Positions 27,967-32,000 of a DNA stretch of 32,000 bases are shown piece by piece. Every line of letters starts with the position of its first letter. The first letter of the stretch is position 1. The stretch comes from Vibrio alginolyticus NBRC 15630 = ATCC 17749 (GTDB lineage Bacteria > Pseudomonadota > Gammaproteobacteria > Enterobacterales > Vibrionaceae), in the NCBI RefSeq assembly GCF_000354175.2, contig NC_022349.1, positions 2,160,001-2,192,000 of the forward strand, read 5' to 3'. The translations under genes were made by a program, and so were the position numbers. A model generated the notes under the pieces. The model saw only the letters and a program-made list of their open reading frames with translations, did no database searches and was not told the origin of the DNA.

Positions 27967-28732
27967 AACCTAGCTTCTTTAAACAAATGTTCAGTGCATC
28001 TTCCTGCCAAGGAGTTGCACTGGCATAAATCGACTTACTTCCCTCTTCTGTATCCTCAATTTCATCACTTAATAGCAATGCTTTTACTCGACGTGCAATC
28101 GCTGCGCCTGAATCAATTAAAGTAACGTCCCCACCCAAAGCTTGATGAATCTCCTCTCTGATTAAAGGGAAGTGAGTACAACCGAGCACCGCAACATCGA
28201 CTTTATCGCGAAGGGGAAGCAGGATATTTGTCAGTTCGTCGAGAGAAACGCTGTTGCCTCGCAACTTCTCTTCGGCCATATCTACCAAGCGAGTTGATCC
28301 CACCAGCTCAACTGGTTTGCCTTGCGCAAAGTCCCGTATTAACTCGTGAGTATATTGGCGTGTTACTGTCGCCGGAGTGGCGATCAGCCCTACCCCTTTT
28401 GATGCTAAAAGCGATGCGGGTTTAATCGCAGGGACAACACCAACAACGGGAATCGATAAATTTTCGCGTAAGGAAGGAAGCACTATGGTGCTCGCCGTGT
28501 TGCAAGCAATGACGACAATGTCGACTTGGTGTTCTTCGACTAAAGAAGAGACCAGTTGGTTAACTCGTGAAACGAGTACAGCCTGATCGAGTTCACCATA
28601 AGGGTAAGCCTGATTATCGAATAAGTATAAGTAGTCTAGCTGGGGCAATAGGCGATGTATCTCTTGGAATACAGAAAGACCACCAACACCAGAGTCAAAA
28701 ACTAGGACTTTTTTCTTACTTGCTACTCGCAC
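27929..28732 (-). CDS. murI: Glutamate racemase
   Basis: 267-aa ORF with [11 protein letters not shown], the catalytic ACNTAS and GCTHFP motifs. GTG start with AGGT upstream. Confidence 0.95.
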   Translation of the reverse strand: MRVASKKKVLVFDSGVGGLSVFQEIHRLLPQLDYLYLFDNQAYPYGELDQAVLVSRVNQLVSSLVEEHQVDIVVIACNTASTIVLPSLRENLSIPVVGVVPAIKPASLLASKGVGLIATPATVTRQYTHELIRDFAQGKPVELVGSTRLVDMAEEKLRGNSVSLDELTNILLPLRDKVDVAVLGCTHFPLIREEIHQALGGDVTLIDSGAAIARRVKALLLSDEIEDTEEGSKSIYASATPWQEDALNICLKKLGFNPVQVYHHPDV

Positions 28733-28763
28733 GAGTCTTACCTAAAGAACAGAAACGTTGCGA

Positions 28764-29456
28764 TCATACTGCGTAGATTTGTTTTGGCAATGCTTTAGCA
28801 TGGTATCTTTGATGGCTGAATCTATCTCCAGATTCTACATCTCGCTTCGTCAACTCGATATGTCCTTGAAAAGATGGCGAAGACGTAACCAATGTGTGAA
28901 ATTCACCATTTTCCCCACAGGGATCAATTTGACTTGGTAATGACTCTATTAGGGCTTTGTCATACCAGCGACCACACCATTCTGGAGGGAGAACTCTTCC
29001 GTCGATGGTGATTAACATAGTTTGAATACCACGCTCTATGATTTCCATCGCTAGTTTTTCGCTGCTCTCCCCTAATAGAGGAAAGACGCATTCCCAGCCA
29101 ACAGGTTCAATATAGCTGCGTCGGTAATCGGCAATGCCATTACAAAACATATCACCAAATGCGACAGCTTCTATATTCAGACCACTACTTTGTAATGCAT
29201 TAACGATGGTCGATTGATAAATGTCGTTACTTGGAAAGACTTCAGGTAGCTCGATAGTAATGAGCGGAAGCGCAAGTAAGTCTGCTTGCATTTGTACGAC
29301 TTCAAGCGGAGTTGCTTGGAAAGGGACTTCTTTCCCTACGTAAGTCGTGTACAAACCGACAACTTGATAATTTGGATTCTCGTTAAGGCGCTCAAGCGTT
29401 AATGTCGAATCTTTACCGCTGGACCAACTGATCACCACTCGCTTGGGTTTCTTCAT
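28764..29456 (-). CDS. Dph6-related PP-loop ATP pyrophosphatase (MJ0570/COG2102-like adenine nucleotide alpha-hydrolase), function unknown in bacteria
   Basis: PP-loop SWSSGKDS near the N-terminus and the family-typical GENGEFHT near the C-terminus. The ORF opens at GTG 29471, but ATG 29456 (MKKPKRVV) with GGTGGA upstream is the more likely start. Confidence 0.8.
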   Translation of the reverse strand: MKKPKRVVISWSSGKDSTLTLERLNENPNYQVVGLYTTYVGKEVPFQATPLEVVQMQADLLALPLITIELPEVFPSNDIYQSTIVNALQSSGLNIEAVAFGDMFCNGIADYRRSYIEPVGWECVFPLLGESSEKLAMEIIERGIQTMLITIDGRVLPPEWCGRWYDKALIESLPSQIDPCGENGEFHTLVTSSPSFQGHIELTKRDVESGDRFSHQRYHAKALPKQIYAV

Positions 29457-29477
29457 TCGATTTTCCACCACAAAATA

Positions 29478-29500
29478 TTAAAAACCGCCCGAAGGCGGTT
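29478..29500 (-). terminator. btuB intrinsic terminator
   Basis: Minus strand reads ACCGCC-UUCG-GGCGGU followed by UUUUU, 16 nt after the btuB stop and only about 8-22 nt before the start of the next gene. Confidence 0.8.
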
Positions 29501-29515
29501 TGTGCTCATTCACGA

Positions 29516-31351
29516 TTAGAATTCGTAGCCAACGTTGAGATAGTACGCTCGCTCTGCAGCAGGGTAACCTTTTGCCATCTCATACTCTTCATCAAGTAGA
29601 TTATCGATACGAGCGCTAATAGAGGTCGACTCATTCGGATAGTAAGTCACCGCCGTATCAACCAACGAGTAAGAAGAAAGCGTAATATCTTGTGAAGGCC
29701 AAGTGCTGTAATCCACATCTGGACGCTTACCGACGTACTGATAGCTAACCGACCAATCCACTTTATCGAAGCTCACTAAAGCATTCCACTTATACATTTC
29801 TTTAGCGCGGCGCTGCAACTGATGCCCTTTATCGTCTTCAGCATCTTTGTAATCTGCACTCAACTGGTGCTGCACAATCCCTGTATCAAACTCAGCAACA
29901 AGCTCCACACCTTGGATATGTGTTTCACCATCGACATTCAAATATTTGTATGTGGTTGGATGGTAATCGATAAGATTCGTGATTTTATAGTCATAACCCG
30001 TGATGGACCAAAAAACGCCTTGGACATCACCGCTTAATGCTAGCTCCCAAGCATCTGACTCTTCCGGCTTCAGATCTTTCTCACCGTATGTTGGGTCATA
30101 CTGTTGATATAGGTTTGGAGCCTTAAACGCAGTACCAAAAGAGGCTTTAACCCCAAACTCTGGTACAAACTGGTAACCAGCCGCTAAACTGTAAGTGAAC
30201 TCACTACCGTATTCTTCGTTATCATCAAGGCGAGCACTGCCCTCGAGCATTGCTTTATCAATACTAGTGGTTGCCATACCAAACAGAGCGCCATTGGTAC
30301 GATCAAACGTTTTATTCGCACTCTTGTCTTTATAAGACTCGTTGCGCCAATCAATACCACCAGCCAACGTCGTATTGTTGTTTAGCAAGTAACTGTTGGT
30401 CCACTGGACATTTTGCTGCTCAAGTTCATCTTCAGTACCTGAGTGTTTGCCTTTTGCTTGCTCATAGTTCCAAGACTTCTGTTTCTGTGCTGTTACTTGT
30501 AGTTCTGACATCACATTATCAGACTGATACTTACCGCCCAGAGTGACAGAAAGATCGTCTTTTTCTGCTTCGTAGTAACCGCGACTGCCGTAGCTGCTGT
30601 CATATTGATAAACATTTTCGTAAGCACGTAGGTTACCAAATGCAGACCACTGGTCATTGAAGTTATGCACGTAACCTAGCAGACCATTCTTTGTATCAAA
30701 GCCATGGCGATCGCCGTCATTAACTCCCGGTACAGGACGAACGTTATAACCATCATCACTTTCACTACCAAGCGCGATATTTAGCTGGCCGCTCTCTGTG
30801 ACTTTAATACCAGATGCCACACTCAATTCTTGATAATCTAAACTACCTAAACCCGCACTTAACTTCGTTCCTTCTTCGTCAGCACGCGCAATGGTGATGA
30901 TATTGATCACGCCACCAATCGCTTCTGAGCCATAAAGTGACGCACGCGCACCACGCACGTACTCAATACGTTGAACGTAAGTAAGTGGGATTTGGTTAAA
31001 GTCCACAGCGCCCTTCGCTGCTCGTGCAAAACGTACGCCATCAACCAGTACTAAAACTTGGTCGGAACTGGTTCCACGAACAAATAAAGACGCTAACTGA
31101 CCACGACCACCATTTTGTGAAACTTGAATCCCCGTAAGGCGACGCAATACATCTGGTAGGGTTTTCGCTTGAATGCGATCGATGTCTTGTCGAGTAACTA
31201 CTTCGACATCTGCCAACGTACGGCTTTCGGCTTGCTCAAAACGGTTTGCAGTAACAACGATGGTTTCGTCAGTGGAGGTTTCTTGGGCCTGTAGATAAGA
31301 GACAGGTGAAAGCAGCGATGCCAAAGTTATCGCCAGTGCGGATTTTCTCAT
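29516..31351 (-). CDS. btuB: TonB-dependent vitamin B12 outer-membrane receptor
   Basis: 611-aa ORF with a signal peptide ending LQAQE, a TonB box DETIVVTANR, a plug plus beta-barrel, and a C-terminal aromatic residue (YEF). A cobalamin riboswitch lies upstream. Confidence 0.93.
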   Translation of the reverse strand: MRKSALAITLASLLSPVSYLQAQETSTDETIVVTANRFEQAESRTLADVEVVTRQDIDRIQAKTLPDVLRRLTGIQVSQNGGRGQLASLFVRGTSSDQVLVLVDGVRFARAAKGAVDFNQIPLTYVQRIEYVRGARASLYGSEAIGGVINIITIARADEEGTKLSAGLGSLDYQELSVASGIKVTESGQLNIALGSESDDGYNVRPVPGVNDGDRHGFDTKNGLLGYVHNFNDQWSAFGNLRAYENVYQYDSSYGSRGYYEAEKDDLSVTLGGKYQSDNVMSELQVTAQKQKSWNYEQAKGKHSGTEDELEQQNVQWTNSYLLNNNTTLAGGIDWRNESYKDKSANKTFDRTNGALFGMATTSIDKAMLEGSARLDDNEEYGSEFTYSLAAGYQFVPEFGVKASFGTAFKAPNLYQQYDPTYGEKDLKPEESDAWELALSGDVQGVFWSITGYDYKITNLIDYHPTTYKYLNVDGETHIQGVELVAEFDTGIVQHQLSADYKDAEDDKGHQLQRRAKEMYKWNALVSFDKVDWSVSYQYVGKRPDVDYSTWPSQDITLSSYSLVDTAVTYYPNESTSISARIDNLLDEEYEMAKGYPAAERAYYLNVGYEF

Positions 31352-31384
31352 TGTATTGTCCTAAATCGCGTAATTCCTTCCGAG

Positions 31385-31594
31385 CCCTGTCATCATGACA
31401 GTCCAGTGCTGTGGCTCAGTTGTTGGCAGGTATTCGGACTCAAGAGCACGGGTGTACCGCCTACTTGCTCGACTTCCCACATAAACTAATGCAGTGTCTG
31501 ATGAGCGTTCGTTCTCTTTTACCGCTGCGCGTCAGTTCTGGATTCACACCAGATTCCCATTTCAGCCATCTAGATTGCTAGATAGCACCAACTT
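31385..31594 (-). promoter_or_regulatory. Cobalamin (B12) riboswitch in the btuB leader
   Basis: Minus strand contains ATGGGAATCTGGTGTGAATCCAGAACTGACGCGCAGCGGTAAAAGAGAAC...CAGACACTGC...GTGGGAAGTC and the B12 box GAGTCCGAATACCTGCC (31424-31441). This closely parallels the E. coli btuB leader. Aptamer boundaries are approximate. Confidence 0.9.
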
Positions 31595-31601
31595 GAGGCA
31601 A

Positions 31602-31630
31602 ATATTATTCAGCTATTGATTATTTGTCCA
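31602..31630 (-). promoter_or_regulatory. btuB promoter
   Basis: Minus strand has -35 TGGACA (31625-31630), a 17-bp spacer and -10 TAATAT (31602-31607). This implies a leader of about 240 nt, similar in length to the E. coli btuB leader. Confidence 0.55.
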
Positions 31631-31791
31631 GCCAATATTGCCCTTAGAAGTTGTAACGTTTTGATTGATTTTGCTTTCTACTCTGCCTGTACGCACTATC
31701 TTTAAATCAATTCCAGTACAAAACTGGACATCCTATTGAGATTGAATAAAATCTGCGCTCTTAAATTGAATGCACCATAAAAGGTAAGATC

Positions 31792-32000
31792 ATGGCTACT
31801 CTTGATGTAAACCCACAACGCTACCAAGAACAACTGGCTGAAAAAGTCGAACGTCTCACGGATATGTTCGCGCCATACAACATGCCAGAACTGGAAGTGT
31901 TTGAATCACCAGAGCAGCACTACCGCATGCGTGCTGAGTTCCGTGTTTGGCATGAAGGCGAAGATCTTTACTACATCATGTTCAACCAAGAAACTCGTGA
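31792..32000 (+). CDS. trmA: tRNA (uracil54-C5)-methyltransferase TrmA, 5' fragment running off the window
   Basis: The translation [69 protein letters not shown] matches the E. coli TrmA N-terminus (YxxQLAEKVxRL, [12 protein letters not shown]). It is divergent from btuB, as in E. coli. Confidence 0.9.
   Translation, partial: MATLDVNPQRYQEQLAEKVERLTDMFAPYNMPELEVFESPEQHYRMRAEFRVWHEGEDLYYIMFNQETR

Noticed and set aside
28228-28940. ORFs 28228-28425, 28377-28586, 28567-28776 and 28758-28940 on the plus strand
   Set aside because: They are antisense to murI and the PP-loop gene, both of which have strong motif support.

Overview
Core chromosomal region of a Vibrio-like gammaproteobacterium, judged from the 16S/23S sequence and the protein sequences. 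Nearly all of it is housekeeping. Read on the minus strand from the right edge, the order is: btuB with a cobalamin riboswitch leader, a Dph6-like PP-loop ATPase, murI, a full rrn operon (P1/P2, 16S, tRNA-Ile, tRNA-Ala, 23S, 5S, tRNA-Asp), murB-birA, thrU-tyrU-glyT-thrT-tufB, secE-nusG, rplKAJL and rpoBC. The plus-strand genes are rsd, coaA, a small GNAT, pssA, an RRM protein and the 5' end of trmA; nudC lies on the minus strand at the left end. From memory of the E. coli K-12 map, this matches trmA-btuB-murI-rrnB-murB-birA-coaA-thrU operon-tufB-secE-nusG-rplKAJL-rpoBC...rsd-nudC. That comparison makes the lineage-specific insertions stand out. I found no mobile elements, CRISPR arrays, integrases, toxin-antitoxin pairs or recognisable defence or secretion systems, so I cannot support a new multi-gene system in this window. 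The points most worth a second look are: (1) an RRM RNA-binding protein with two N-terminal transmembrane helices, divergent from rrn P1 and overlapping murI at its 3' end; (2) a Dph6-like PP-loop ATPase between riboswitch-controlled btuB and murI, with a terminator directly against its start; (3) a roughly 570-bp stretch between pssA and the rrn terminator containing only broken reading frames; (4) a terminator-bounded non-coding stretch at the left edge that could be a small RNA; (5) an inverted repeat embedded in the coding ends of convergent coaA and birA. All coordinates come from reading the sequence by hand. RNA ends are accurate to a few nucleotides only.
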